Positions 9,659 through 20,273 of a stretch of DNA of 64,000 nt are shown here, one piece after another. How positions within the stretch are numbered: position 1 is the first letter of the stretch; each line of letters opens with the position of its first letter. Below the pieces are notes generated by a model, which saw only the letters and a program-made list of their open reading frames with translations, made no database searches and had not been told where the DNA came from. The stretch is from Candidatus Marinacidobacterales bacterium (GTDB lineage: Bacteria; Acidobacteriota; Vicinamibacteria; Marinacidobacterales; DATDRI01): the NCBI GenBank assembly GCA_965226495.1, contig OZ245365.1:5632001-5696000 (forward strand), in the 5' to 3' direction. The translations under genes and the position numbers were made by a program.

Positions 9659-9762
9659 GCACCTATCCGGTCCTTTTTTCGATTCCACATAGTTGCTATC
9701 ATTACGTTCTAAGATAGCTGCTATGTCCGAACGTGTTGCGGTCGTCGTTGCGGCCGGTGTGG
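9650..9762. repeat. Copy C of the rhomboid/mutT junction (right island boundary)
   Basis: gattccacatagttgctatcattacgttctaagatagctgctatgtccgaacgtgttgcgg nearly identical to 1703-1763; carries a dead rhomboid start MWNRKK. Confidence 0.9.
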
Positions 9763-10124
9763 TGTCGGTCGACGGAAAGATTCTGGTCGCTCGACGCAAA
9801 GCCGGTACCCACTTGGAACGCCGGTGGGAGTTCCCGGGCGGTAAGCTCGAGCCCGGAGAAGCTCCCCAGGAGTGTTTGATCCGCGAATTTCGCGAAGAGC
9901 TCGACGTCGGGATCGAAGTCGGACAAGTCCTAGAAGTGATCTTTCATCGCTATCCAGAACGCAATGTGCTTTTGCTGATGTACAGCTGCAAGCTCGTCGA
10001 GGGAGAGCCCCGTGCTATCGGCTGCGAAAAACTGCAGTGGCTAGAGAAGAAAGAGCTCGAGCGCCTGGACTGGGTTCCCGCCGATCGCGCCTTCGTGCGC
10101 CGTCTCGCCTCGGAGAGCGGATAG
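9723..10124 (+). CDS. mutT: MutT/NudG-like Nudix hydrolase
   Basis: WEFPGGKLEPGEAPQECLIREFREEL Nudix box. Confidence 0.85.
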   Translation: MSERVAVVVAAGVVSVDGKILVARRKAGTHLERRWEFPGGKLEPGEAPQECLIREFREELDVGIEVGQVLEVIFHRYPERNVLLLMYSCKLVEGEPRAIGCEKLQWLEKKELERLDWVPADRAFVRRLASESG

Positions 10125-10129
10125 CCTTC

Positions 10130-13100
10130 TCAGGTCGTCGGGACCATCACCGGCGGGACCGCTTCCTCTTCGACGAGGGCGTTGAAATCTGCGAGCTCCG
10201 TCGTGATGACTTTCTCGAGAGCGCTCAAATGCTTCGCCAGCTCCGCCTTCAGCTCCTCGTAGCGAGCATAAGAACCATCGGTCGGCTTGGCCTCGGAGCC
10301 GATCACAATGCCGTACAAGTAAAGTATTTGATTGTCTAACATCGGCGGGAAGTTGAGTGGATCCTGATTGCTTTCCAACTTAGTTTGATACAGTTTTTCC
10401 TCGATGGTGGTAAGCGCTTCGCTCACGCTTTGTGCCGTTTCTTGGAATTTGTCCCCGCGACCGGCCTTGCTCAATCGCTCCGCCAAGTCTTCGACTTGCT
10501 GGCGAATCTCCCGTATCCGCGTGACCGCCTCATGGGTTTCGACCACCAAGGCTCGGGTCTTCATCGCCAAGTCGAATTGCGCTTGGAAATCCTCTTGTGT
10601 CGCGGCGAGCCGGGGGGTCTTTCTTCACCTCGAAGGCTTTAGTGTCCGTCCACTCGCCGACCTTCATCCTTACTTTATAGTGTCCGGGTACGGCTCGCGG
10701 TCCCTGCTTCGTACCCCAAATGATGGCCCCTTCGGTCACTTCCGCGTCCGGATAGCGTAGGTCCCAGACAAACCGGTTCATTCCCGCATCGGTTGAAACC
10801 TTTTCGTCTCGGCCCTGATTGAAGAAAGTCTCCTGCTCCGCCTCTTTTTCCTCGGAGCTTCCGAATGAGTGTACGACCTCGTCGTTGGCGTCGAGGATCT
10901 CAAGTGTGACCTCGTCCTCCGATGAATTTGCGAGATAGTAGTAGATGACCGCCCCGTTGGGAGGGTTCTCACCGATCCCGGAGCGATCCCGGGTGCGCCC
11001 GGCGCGCCCCATTCGGTACGCATCCCGAAGAGAAAACAAAACTGTTTCGGCGTCCGCCATTTCATTCGTCAACTGCTGCAGCGTCGTGAGATCGTCGAGG
11101 ATCCAAAACGAGCGACCTTGGGTCGCAACGACCAAGTCCCCGTCCTTCACTTGCATGTCGGTGATAGGAGTGACGGGCAAGTCCCCGTCCTTCACTTGCA
11201 TGTCGGTGATAGGAGTGACGGGCAAGTTGAGCTGCAGGGACTGCCAAGTTTGGCCGTCATTGAAGGAAACGTACATGCCGAACTCGGTGCCGGCGTAAAG
11301 CAGACCTGGACGGCCCGGGTCCTCCCTCACGACGCGAACGAAGTGGTTCGACGGGATCCCGTTTCGCCCATTAGTGAGAAGCTCCCAGGTGGCGCCGAAA
11401 TCGTTGGTCCTGAAGATGTACGGACGAAAGTCGTCCATCTTGTATCGCGTTACTGCCACGAAGGCGCGCCCCGGGGAAAACGCGGAGAGCTCTAGCATGT
11501 TGACCTGACTCCACTCTGGCATCGCCTCGGGTGTGATGTCCGTCCAGTTCGTCCCACCATCTCGCGAAAGCTGCACCAGACCGTCGTCGGTACCAACCCA
11601 AAGGAGGCCCGCTTGATGGGAGGATTCCTCTAGAGCAAAAACGGTCCCGTAGACCTCGACGCCGGTGTTGTCCCACGTTAGGGGGCCTCCGGAGTAGTCT
11701 TGCTTCTCCTTGTCGTTGCGCGTCAAATCCGGACTGATAACCTCCCAACTCTGTCCCTCGTTGGTCGACTTATGAACCACGTTCGAAGCGTGAAAGAGCA
11801 CCTTGGGATCGTGCGATGAGATTCGGATCGGAGCATTCCACTGAAAGCGATACTTCATATCGCGCGGAGCCTGCCCCAACTGGAGCTGTGGATAGTCAAG
11901 GATGTTGCGTCGATAGCCGGTCCGGTGGTCGTAACGCGTGATCGTCCCACCATAGCTTCCCGCGTAGACGATGTTGGTATCCCCCGGGTCCACCGCGATG
12001 TGGCCGCTCTCACCTCCGCCAACCGGGTACCAGTTTTGGATGGTGATACCTCCGGAAGCGGTGCGGCTAGCAATCGAGACGGTCGAGTTGTCCTGCTGGG
12101 CACCGTAAACGCGGTAGGGAAACTGATCGTCGACAATGACTCGATAAAACTCGGCGGTGGGCTGATTGGTTTGTGTGGACCACGTCTTTCCGCCGTTGAA
12201 CGAAACGTTGGCTCCTCCATCGTTGCTGTTGATGAGAATCTTCGGATTCTTAGGATTGAGCCACAGATCGTGGTTGTCCCCATGGGGCACCGGTATCGAT
12301 TCGTACGTTTTGCCGCTGTCCACGGATTTGTAGAAAGCGGTGTTGAGTGCGTAGACGGTATTTTCGTCTACCGGATCCGCATAGACGTGCGTGTAGTACC
12401 AGGCTCGTTGTCGATGCTTGCGTTCCTTGTTAACGAGTCGAAACGTCTCCCCGCCATCGTCGGAGCGAAACATACCGCCATCCTCCGCTTCGATGAGAGT
12501 CCAAACGCGTTCCGGATTGGCCGGCGATACCGCCACTGCAATACGGCCAGTCATCTCTTGGGGCAGTCCCTTCGTCAGCTCAGTCCAGTTATCTCCACCG
12601 TCGGTGCTCTTGTAGAGACCGCCGTCCTCTCCTCCGCTGATGAGTGCCCATGGCTTTCGGACCACGCGCCAGATCGCAGCATAAAGAATCCTGGGATTCC
12701 GCGCATCCATCGCCAGATCGACGGCTCCTGCCTGCTCGCTCACGAAGAGAACCCTTTCCCAACTCATTCCGCCGTCCCGCGACCGAAAGACGCCGCGTTC
12801 TTCGTTGGGTCCAAAGATGTGGCCGAGCGCCGCGACGTAAACAAGGTCCGGGTCCTTGGGATGCACTCGAATACGACCGATCTGTCCCGCCTCGCGAAGA
12901 CCGATGTGGGTCCAGGTCTTGCCTGCATCGGTGGAGCGATAGACGCCATCACCCGGCGAGATGTTCCCTCGCGGGCATGCGGAGCCCGTGCCGACGTAAA
13001 CGACGTTGGGATCCGAGTCGGCAACTGCGATCGCCCCGATGGAAGCGCTCCCGAAGAAGGTGTCGGAGACATTGGTCCACGTCTCGCCGGCGTCGGTGGT

Positions 13101-13331
13101 CTTCCAGACACCCCCACCGGTCGAGCCCATATAGTACGTCTGGGGATCGGACGGGACACCGGCCACCGCCGTCACGCGCCCGCCCCGAAAGGGTCCGATG
13201 TTTCGATACTCGAGCGCACTGAAGAGCGCCGGGTCATAGGTCGGCGGCACGTCGGCTTCTAGTCCAGCCGCCCAGACGATCGTTGAGGAAAAAAGGGCTA
13301 ACGACACCCCAATCGAGATCCATCTCTTCAT
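10130..13331 (-). CDS. Large secreted BNR/Asp-box (VPS10/sortilin-like) beta-propeller glycosyl hydrolase-like protein; frameshift near 10615
   Basis: YRNIGPFRGGRV and many S/T-x-D-x-G-x-T/S-W boxes; C-terminus continues in ORF 10130..10570; break at the G6 run. Confidence 0.85.
11133..11227. repeat. Perfect 45-bp tandem duplication within the propeller gene
   Basis: caagtccccgtccttcacttgcatgtcggtgataggagtgacggg x2, giving LPVTPITDMQVKDGD twice. Confidence 0.95.
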
Positions 13332-13397
13332 GGCACGGCTCCCTCATAGAAAGAGGACAACAACTGGCCAGGTCGGGTGTATCAAAAAAACGGCCGC

Positions 13398-14531
13398 TTA
13401 GACAACGACGCGGGGTAGGAAAGGATGAATTCGAGCCAGGACCTCATAGGCGATCGTCCCCGATTTCTCAGCAAGTTCCTCGACCGGGATTTCCGCCTCG
13501 CCTTGTCTTCCGATCAGAACGACCTCGTCGCCGACCGAAGCCCCGGCAGCGGTGGCGTCCAAAACCACCATATTCATGGCGACTCTTCCCACCATGGGAG
13601 CCGCTTGCCCGCGGACCAGCGCGCGACCGGAGTTGGACAACTTTCGATCGAGCCCGTCGTAGTAGCCGACGGGGATCACTGCCACCCGCATCGGCCGTGG
13701 AGCTTCGTAGGTGAGGCCGTAGCCGATGTAGTCTCCCGCCGCCACGTCCTTTACCTGCGCGATGCGCGTCTTCCAGCTCAGAACCGGCAGGAGCGAAACT
13801 TTCTTATTTCTCTCGCGCGCCGCCAACTGTGTCTCTCGTGAAGGCCAAACACCATAAGCGCCTATGCCGACACGCACCATGCTGAAATGGGTCTCCGGAT
13901 AGAGGAGAACTCCCGCTGTCGCCGCGGCGTGAACGAGACGCGGCTCGACGCGGGCTCTTCTCGTTATCTCGAGGGCCTCACGGAACCGCTGGAGTTGAAG
14001 TTCTGCAAAGGAAGGATCGAGCGTGTCTTCGATGTTCGCAAAGTGCGTGTACATTCCTTCGACCCGGAGTCCCGGCAGCGTGCCTATCTCTCCCAAGAAA
14101 GCTTCCAGCTCCGAGACCGGAACTCCCAACCGGTGAGTACCGGTTTCCACCTTGATGTGGACCAGCGCGGTGCGATTCGCTTCGCGGGCCGCTTGAGAGA
14201 AGCTCTCGACTGAGTCGCGTCGAAAAACGACCTGGTGGAAACCGTGGCGGACCACTTCCCCAGCACGGCCCTCCGGCGTGTAACCGAGAATAGCGATCGG
14301 CTTTTCGATTCCCAGGCGAGCAAGTTCCAACGCTTCGTCCAGAGAGTTCACACCGAGCCAATCGGCCTCTCCGACGGCGAGCGGTGCGACCTCGGAAAGA
14401 CCATGACCGTAGGCATTCGCCTTGACTACGATCATAAGGGCGCAGTCGGGAGCCACCAGGCTTCTGAAGGTGCCGACGTTCGAGCTCAAACGTCGGCGAT
14501 CGATCTCGATCCAAGAAGTGCCTTGAGTCAA
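13398..14531 (-). CDS. alr: Alanine racemase
   Basis: VVKANAYGHG, HIKVETGTHRLG, VPVGYYDG-like IPVGYYDG, GRVAMN, GTIAYEVL. Confidence 0.96.
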   Translation of the reverse strand: MTQGTSWIEIDRRRLSSNVGTFRSLVAPDCALMIVVKANAYGHGLSEVAPLAVGEADWLGVNSLDEALELARLGIEKPIAILGYTPEGRAGEVVRHGFHQVVFRRDSVESFSQAAREANRTALVHIKVETGTHRLGVPVSELEAFLGEIGTLPGLRVEGMYTHFANIEDTLDPSFAELQLQRFREALEITRRARVEPRLVHAAATAGVLLYPETHFSMVRVGIGAYGVWPSRETQLAARERNKKVSLLPVLSWKTRIAQVKDVAAGDYIGYGLTYEAPRPMRVAVIPVGYYDGLDRKLSNSGRALVRGQAAPMVGRVAMNMVVLDATAAGASVGDEVVLIGRQGEAEIPVEELAEKSGTIAYEVLARIHPFLPRVVV

Positions 14532-14538
14532 TCCGCCC

Positions 14539-15741
14539 TCACTCGGGAGCCTTTTCCATTACCATCTGCACCAGTGGTTTCATGGTGAGTGTTTGGATGA
14601 CCAGCGAGAAGAAAACCAGGAAGGCCGCGAGAACCAAGAACTCCCCGCGAAACGGAACGTCCGAGGGCATCCCCAAGACTAGGGCGATAGGAATCGACCC
14701 CTTGAGTCCACCCCACCACATCACGTGCGACCAAGGGAAAGGATATTTCTGTGGCGTCTTGCTGACCATGAACCAGACCGGGTAGACGGTGAGCGCCCGG
14801 GACGCGAGTGCGATAGCTATCACCAAGAGTCCGGGCACCAGGAATCTCGGAAGGTCCGGAATGTAGGCCTTCATTTCGAAGCCGATGAGCAGAAACAAGA
14901 GCGCATTGATCAAGAAATCGATCACCTCCCAGAAGTTTTCCACCGTGTCTCGAGTTTGTTTCGACATGGAGAAGGAGCGACCATAGTTGCCGATAATCAG
15001 TCCTGCGACGACCACAGCGATCACGCCAGACAGATGAAAAGTCTCCGCCACCAAAAAGCTTCCGAACACGAGTACCACGGTCAGCGTGACTTCAAGCAGA
15101 TGGTCATCGAGACGTTTCATTGTCTTGTACGCGACGTAGCCCGAGGCCAAACCCACCGCCGCTCCCCCGGCGACCACCTCGATGAATTCCAGCGCCGCTC
15201 CCATTGCGGTCACTTCCTCCCCACCGTAGAGCGCCCCGTAGATCACACCGAATAAAACGACGCTCGTTCCATCGTTGAAGAGGCTTTCGCCCTCGACGAG
15301 CGCTTTCAGTCGTTCAGGGGTTTTCACCTCGCGGAAGACGGCCAAGACGGAGATGGGATCGGTCGCCGCCACCATGGCTCCGAAAAGCATCCCTTTGAGC
15401 CAAGGCATCCCCATCGCATAGTGGAGCATAGCGCCCATCAGAAGCGTCGCCACGACGAGACCTGGGACGGCGAGCGTAACGACCGGCAACAGGTTACGTC
15501 GCAACTGATCCAGGTCCATATGCAGGGCCCCTTGGAACAGCAATGGCGGCAGGATGATCAGAAGGACGAGCTCCTTGCTCAGTTTTACTTCGAGGTGGAA
15601 GGGTAAGAAGCTGACCGCGATGCCCACCAGGACCAAAGCGGTCGTATAGGGTATGTGGATCCGCTTGACCGCGATCGCCACGACGCAAGCCAACAGGAGG
15701 ATCTCAACCAGATTCTCTAGGACGACCTCGGTCTCACCCAA
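14539..15741 (-). CDS. CPA1-family Na+/H+ antiporter (NhaP/NhaG-like)
   Basis: LPPLLF, AATDPISV, EGESLFNDG, WGGLKGSI. Confidence 0.92.
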   Translation of the reverse strand: MGETEVVLENLVEILLLACVVAIAVKRIHIPYTTALVLVGIAVSFLPFHLEVKLSKELVLLIILPPLLFQGALHMDLDQLRRNLLPVVTLAVPGLVVATLLMGAMLHYAMGMPWLKGMLFGAMVAATDPISVLAVFREVKTPERLKALVEGESLFNDGTSVVLFGVIYGALYGGEEVTAMGAALEFIEVVAGGAAVGLASGYVAYKTMKRLDDHLLEVTLTVVLVFGSFLVAETFHLSGVIAVVVAGLIIGNYGRSFSMSKQTRDTVENFWEVIDFLINALLFLLIGFEMKAYIPDLPRFLVPGLLVIAIALASRALTVYPVWFMVSKTPQKYPFPWSHVMWWGGLKGSIPIALVLGMPSDVPFRGEFLVLAAFLVFFSLVIQTLTMKPLVQMVMEKAPE

Positions 15742-15768
15742 TGCGGGAACCTCCTCGTTTCACTGTCA

Positions 15769-17658
15769 TCAATGGTAACGCTCAAGGAGGCAATAGAGAT
15801 AGTTTCCTAGCCCCGCCACCGTCAAGTAGCCGAACGCGACGACACCAACAAGACGACCGCTCCACTTTTTTTGAAACGCACGCGAGATGAAGCTTCCCGC
15901 AAACAGCGCCAACAAAGGAAGGATTTGGAGGACGTAACGCACCTCGACCGCTGTCGTCAGGTCCAAAAAAAAGAACACCGTGGTAACACCTAGCCATGCT
16001 GCCACAGCCGCATGGAATGGAGACTGCCGCCACTTCGCGAGAATGGGAATTGCGCCGGCAAGAGCCAGCAGCGCGAACACAATTCCCACTTGCTCTCGAA
16101 AGAAGGCCCAGTTGAAGGCGAGCTTCGCCAACGGCCCTTCCGCAACCTGATCCCCGGTGGCGTAATCACTCGACAAAGCACGTCCCCATTGATCAAGGAA
16201 CATCTCCGCATAACCCAAGTAATAGATACATGCCAAGGCGAAACTCGTAGCCACCACCGCGAGGATGTGCTTCCTTCGTCGGGGCTCTAGCTCCGAGGGT
16301 GCGATCCAGCAGACGGCGACCAACCACGCTGGCCACAGCAAGATGCCATAGAGAAACGACCCGAAGTGGGCGGTCAAAGCGATCAAGGAAGCTGCAAAAG
16401 CGCCTAACAAGGGCAGCGAGTGCCGGCTTCGTGTCGCGAGCAAGAAGAAGGCTAGGAAGATCACCGTCAACGCTGCGCCGAAGAGGTTGGTGTAGTTTCC
16501 CGAGGAAAACGCCAAGAAGTTCAAAGGAACCAGCTGATAGACCGCGGCGGCCAGTATGCCGGCGCGGACGTCGCGCAAGAATCGCGCGCCGAGAAAAGCT
16601 AGCACTAAACCTACCGAGAGGTCTGCCAACGTCGTCAACAATTTCAGAACCGTGACCGGATCGACTCCCAAGCTCGTCAAAGGCACCGCCAGGACATACA
16701 AGGAGACAGGATAGGGAATCCGGAACGGAGGGTCATGCTGGGTGACCGAAGTGGTGAAAAAGTTCCCTTCTATGACCTCTTCCAGACGATTGGCCTGGAA
16801 CTGAGCATCCGAGCTGAAAAAGAGTGGATAGAAGAGGCCGGCCAGTTTCAAAAGCAGACTTCCGACCAAGACTCCGATCAGGATCGATCGCTCCATCGAC
16901 CCAAGCCAATGGGCTCGCCGGAGAACGACTCGAAGGACGGCACTGGCCCCGAGCGCCGTCCCCGCCAGCGTCACGACGCTTTGGGGGTAAGAGGAAAAAA
17001 GGACGCTGTCTTGACCAAGTAGATAGGCGAAACCCCCGATTAGAACCGATGCTGCCAACGACGAGACGGACAATGAAAGGCCGGCCAGGAGCCCGGCGGC
17101 AAGCAGAGCTGCGGCCGCGAGCGCCATGCGAACTGCCGGAGCCTTCCATCTCGGAGCGCCACCTTGAGGCTCGACTCTTACCGAGAAAATTTGCACGCCC
17201 AGCACGCGGGCGTCCGCGCGATCGTAATCGGTGGGAACGAAAATGTCAGGATGGATCCCGAGGTCCAGCGACTCCCCGCGCAGGGTTAGACCGAAGCGAT
17301 ACGTCACGAGCCCCGGATCCGATACGGTCTCGAATACGGTGGCTCCGTTGGCCGTGAAACGAACCCGGGGCAACGGTACCCCCTTTGGACGAAGTGCCTT
17401 GAGCCTTACCTCGACCCGCAGTCGTGTTTGGGGAGGGAGGTTCTCCAAATGAACGAAGCTGTCTCCTGTGCTCCAGCGAAAGCCCCGCCCACCCATACGC
17501 TCGTGAGCGTGGAAACCCGATGCGAACCCATTTTCGTAGCGGCGCTCGAAGTCTACGTAGGCGGCGCGAGGTTCGCCGTAGACCCAGTAGGTCGCAAGGC
17601 TGGCCACCAACATGGGTAGTAGGACCAGCGCCGCAGCTAGGGTTTTTCGAGCGACCAT
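15769..17658 (-). CDS. Polytopic membrane protein, GT-C-like, with an N-terminal extracytoplasmic beta domain
   Basis: GFHAHE..FRWS domain then >10 TM segments; SSDAQFQ loop and IPYP motif; start taken at MVARK. Confidence 0.65.
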   Translation of the reverse strand: MVARKTLAAALVLLPMLVASLATYWVYGEPRAAYVDFERRYENGFASGFHAHERMGGRGFRWSTGDSFVHLENLPPQTRLRVEVRLKALRPKGVPLPRVRFTANGATVFETVSDPGLVTYRFGLTLRGESLDLGIHPDIFVPTDYDRADARVLGVQIFSVRVEPQGGAPRWKAPAVRMALAAAALLAAGLLAGLSLSVSSLAASVLIGGFAYLLGQDSVLFSSYPQSVVTLAGTALGASAVLRVVLRRAHWLGSMERSILIGVLVGSLLLKLAGLFYPLFFSSDAQFQANRLEEVIEGNFFTTSVTQHDPPFRIPYPVSLYVLAVPLTSLGVDPVTVLKLLTTLADLSVGLVLAFLGARFLRDVRAGILAAAVYQLVPLNFLAFSSGNYTNLFGAALTVIFLAFFLLATRSRHSLPLLGAFAASLIALTAHFGSFLYGILLWPAWLVAVCWIAPSELEPRRRKHILAVVATSFALACIYYLGYAEMFLDQWGRALSSDYATGDQVAEGPLAKLAFNWAFFREQVGIVFALLALAGAIPILAKWRQSPFHAAVAAWLGVTTVFFFLDLTTAVEVRYVLQILPLLALFAGSFISRAFQKKWSGRLVGVVAFGYLTVAGLGNYLYCLLERYH

Positions 17659-19307
17659 ATTTCGACGAGCGGTCCTTTGTGCGATAGCCCGGCGCGTGCC
17701 GGCCAATCCTCGTTGTCCATATAAGGATGCAGAGGATTCTCCCGCTCCTCGCCAAAGGGCGTGATACGGGCGAGTCGCGTTCCGTTACGCGCAACACTTT
17801 CGAAAAAGTCTTTCAACGGGGGCGGCATCGGGCCGGGCGGGTAACGGAGCACGATCGCCCCCACGCCGCGTGCGACAAGAGGCTCCAAGTCTCGAGCTAC
17901 GACTTCCTGATAGTCGAAGTACGTTCGGTTTTTTTCGTCGCCACGTCCAAGAAACAAAAGTCCGTACGTAGGGCGGTTAGTCTCTGCGATCGAGAGCAAG
18001 TGGGAGTATTTCCCTTTGCGTTCCAATTCGTCGAGCGCATCGTTGTCGGCCAGGCTCTCTCTTACGCTCTCCGCCGATTGAGGAATCGGCACTGAATACG
18101 ATTGCAACGCAAGCGGGGTTCCATCCGGCAACTCATCCACGATCCATTCTTTCGCGAGCGTGCGCGTGTCTTTGCTCGCGAAGAGCCGATCCACCTGGAT
18201 ATCGTTGTAAAGAGGCTGCAAACAGGCCAGCAGTGCTGCCGCCCAAGCAACACGCGGTCCCAACTGCTCGCTCAACGAGGCGACGGTGAGCCCAGCCGCC
18301 ACGGCCAAGCTGGGAAGAATGGGGTTGAGGTAGCGTCCCGCAAAGAAGGTGTAGCCGATGAACAAGAAGAACAGGAGAGGGAACGCTCCCCACAGTGTTA
18401 ATAAACGTCTATCCCGACGAGCCATCAGAACCCAGCCCACGACGATCAGCGCGAACAGGAGGTAGCCGAAACCCTGTTCAACCATGAAATGGAGGTAGGC
18501 GGGCAGACTCGGCAGAAAAAGCGTTCCATCCGAAACGCTTCGGTCCACAACCACTTGCCGGTTCGCGATCATGTGATCGATGGCGATCGGGAGGTCGATC
18601 ACCACGAACGGCGAGAGAGCAAAGAACGTTACGCCTGCTATCGCCCCGGTGAGCAGGACTTTCGCGAAGCCTCGAAAACCCGAGACCACGAGGTGGTAGG
18701 CCGCGAACGCCGGAGCCAAGAAGATCGTGTAGTAGTGCGTCGCAAATGCCAGTCCCATTGCCAGTCCAGACACAAGATAGGAACGGATCCGTGGATCTTC
18801 TCGGATCCGATCGAAGGCGGTGAGGGCTAGCACCAGCAACAGCCCGGTGGGTACATCGTGCTTCAGATAGTGAGAATCTCGCACGTGGAAGTAAGCGACG
18901 GCCATGAATAGAGCGGCGGCACGGGCCGCAGTGCGCCCAAAATGTTTCGCCGCCAAGCGATAGGTAAGAACGATCGTCGCCAGCGCGCACAGGACACCGA
19001 ACAACCTTCCCGCCAGGTAAAAATCCGTGGGGTCCTCGAAGAACCGCGCCTCGAAGGCGGCGACATTGGCGTAGCGGCCCACCAGGCGGCCCAACACGAA
19101 GAGGCCACCCATGACTCCGAACAAGATGAAGAAGAAAAAGTTGGGATATAGGAAATAGTGAGGATTGGAATCGCGCGCGATGGAAAGCGCCCGGGCCATT
19201 ATGTTGACTTCGTCGGGGTTATAGACGTTGGGGAGCCCGTGTCCCAAGCCGTAGATTCGGAGCCCGGCGGCCAGAACCAGGATGGCCGCTAGCCATGGGT
19301 CGCGCAC
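17637..19307 (-). CDS. ArnT/PMT-like (GT39/GT83) membrane glycosyltransferase
   Basis: LRIYGLGHGLP..NPDE, NPHYFLYP, SHYLKHDVP, RYLNPILP, DTRTLAKEWI. Confidence 0.85.
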   Translation of the reverse strand: MRDPWLAAILVLAAGLRIYGLGHGLPNVYNPDEVNIMARALSIARDSNPHYFLYPNFFFFILFGVMGGLFVLGRLVGRYANVAAFEARFFEDPTDFYLAGRLFGVLCALATIVLTYRLAAKHFGRTAARAAALFMAVAYFHVRDSHYLKHDVPTGLLLVLALTAFDRIREDPRIRSYLVSGLAMGLAFATHYYTIFLAPAFAAYHLVVSGFRGFAKVLLTGAIAGVTFFALSPFVVIDLPIAIDHMIANRQVVVDRSVSDGTLFLPSLPAYLHFMVEQGFGYLLFALIVVGWVLMARRDRRLLTLWGAFPLLFFLFIGYTFFAGRYLNPILPSLAVAAGLTVASLSEQLGPRVAWAAALLACLQPLYNDIQVDRLFASKDTRTLAKEWIVDELPDGTPLALQSYSVPIPQSAESVRESLADNDALDELERKGKYSHLLSIAETNRPTYGLLFLGRGDEKNRTYFDYQEVVARDLEPLVARGVGAIVLRYPPGPMPPPLKDFFESVARNGTRLARITPFGEERENPLHPYMDNEDWPARAGLSHKGPLVEIWSLEKP

Positions 19308-19310
19308 TGG

Positions 19311-20273
19311 TCAGGCCTGGGAAAAGAAGTCGATGACCCTTTGTAGTGTCTGATCGAGCGTGAGGGAAGGTTTGTACCCAATAAGCTCCCGGATCTTGCT
19401 GATATCGGGAACACGCCGCGGCATGTCCTCGAAACCCTCCTCGTACGCCTTCTCGTAAGGAACGAGGACGATCTCCGCCTTGCTCCCCGTCATTTCCTTG
19501 ACCTTCTTCGCGAGATCCAAAATGGTGATCTCATTGCCGGTGCCGATGTTAAAAACCTCTCCGACCGCACCGGGGTGAACCGCCAGATCGGCAAGTCCTT
19601 TGACCACATCGGACACGTCGGTGAAGCATCTGGACTGCGTACCGTCACCAAACACCGTGATCGGCCGCGCCGATAGCGCCTGTTTCACGAAGGTCGGAAT
19701 CACCATACCGTACTGGCCGGTTTGCCGCGGCCCGACCGTATTGAAGAGTCGCACGATCACGACCGGAAGCTTCTTTTCTTTGAAGTAGGCGAGCGCGAGG
19801 AACTCGTCGATGGCCTTCGAACAGGCATAGCTCCATCGACCCTTGTTGGTCGGCCCCATGACCAGATCTGAATCTTCTCGGAAAGGAACGTTGATGTTCT
19901 TACCGTAGACCTCGGAGGTCGATGCGATGATGACTTTCTTTTTCTTCTTGTTGGCGATGGTGAGAATGGTCTCGGTGCCGTGCACGTTGGTCTCGATAGT
20001 ATGCACCGGACTTTCCACGATGAGTCGCACCCCAACCGCCGCCGCCAAATGGAAGACTGTGTCCACTCGGTCTACCAGCTCGGCCGTTACCGGTTCGTTG
20101 GATATCGTGTCGATGATGTAGTGGAAGCGGGGATGGTCTTTGAGGTGCTCGATGTTCTCGATGCTTCCGGTCGAAAGATTGTCGATTACGTAGACTTCGT
20201 CGCCGCGCTCGAGAAGGGTGCCCGCCAGGTGCGAACCGACGAAGCCGGAACCTCCCGTAATCAAATATTTCAT
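19311..20273 (-). CDS. NAD-dependent nucleotide-sugar epimerase/dehydratase
   Basis: Start MKYLITGGSGFVGS; STSEVYG, YACSK, RLFNTVGPRQ; overlaps the upstream gene's stop. Confidence 0.92.
   Translation of the reverse strand: MKYLITGGSGFVGSHLAGTLLERGDEVYVIDNLSTGSIENIEHLKDHPRFHYIIDTISNEPVTAELVDRVDTVFHLAAAVGVRLIVESPVHTIETNVHGTETILTIANKKKKKVIIASTSEVYGKNINVPFREDSDLVMGPTNKGRWSYACSKAIDEFLALAYFKEKKLPVVIVRLFNTVGPRQTGQYGMVIPTFVKQALSARPITVFGDGTQSRCFTDVSDVVKGLADLAVHPGAVGEVFNIGTGNEITILDLAKKVKEMTGSKAEIVLVPYEKAYEEGFEDMPRRVPDISKIRELIGYKPSLTLDQTLQRVIDFFSQA

Noticed and set aside
11925-13262. Long antisense ORFs (also 21251..22249, 37130..38170, 55208..56080, 34007..34942)
   Set aside because: Shadow frames of high-GC genes with no recognisable motifs
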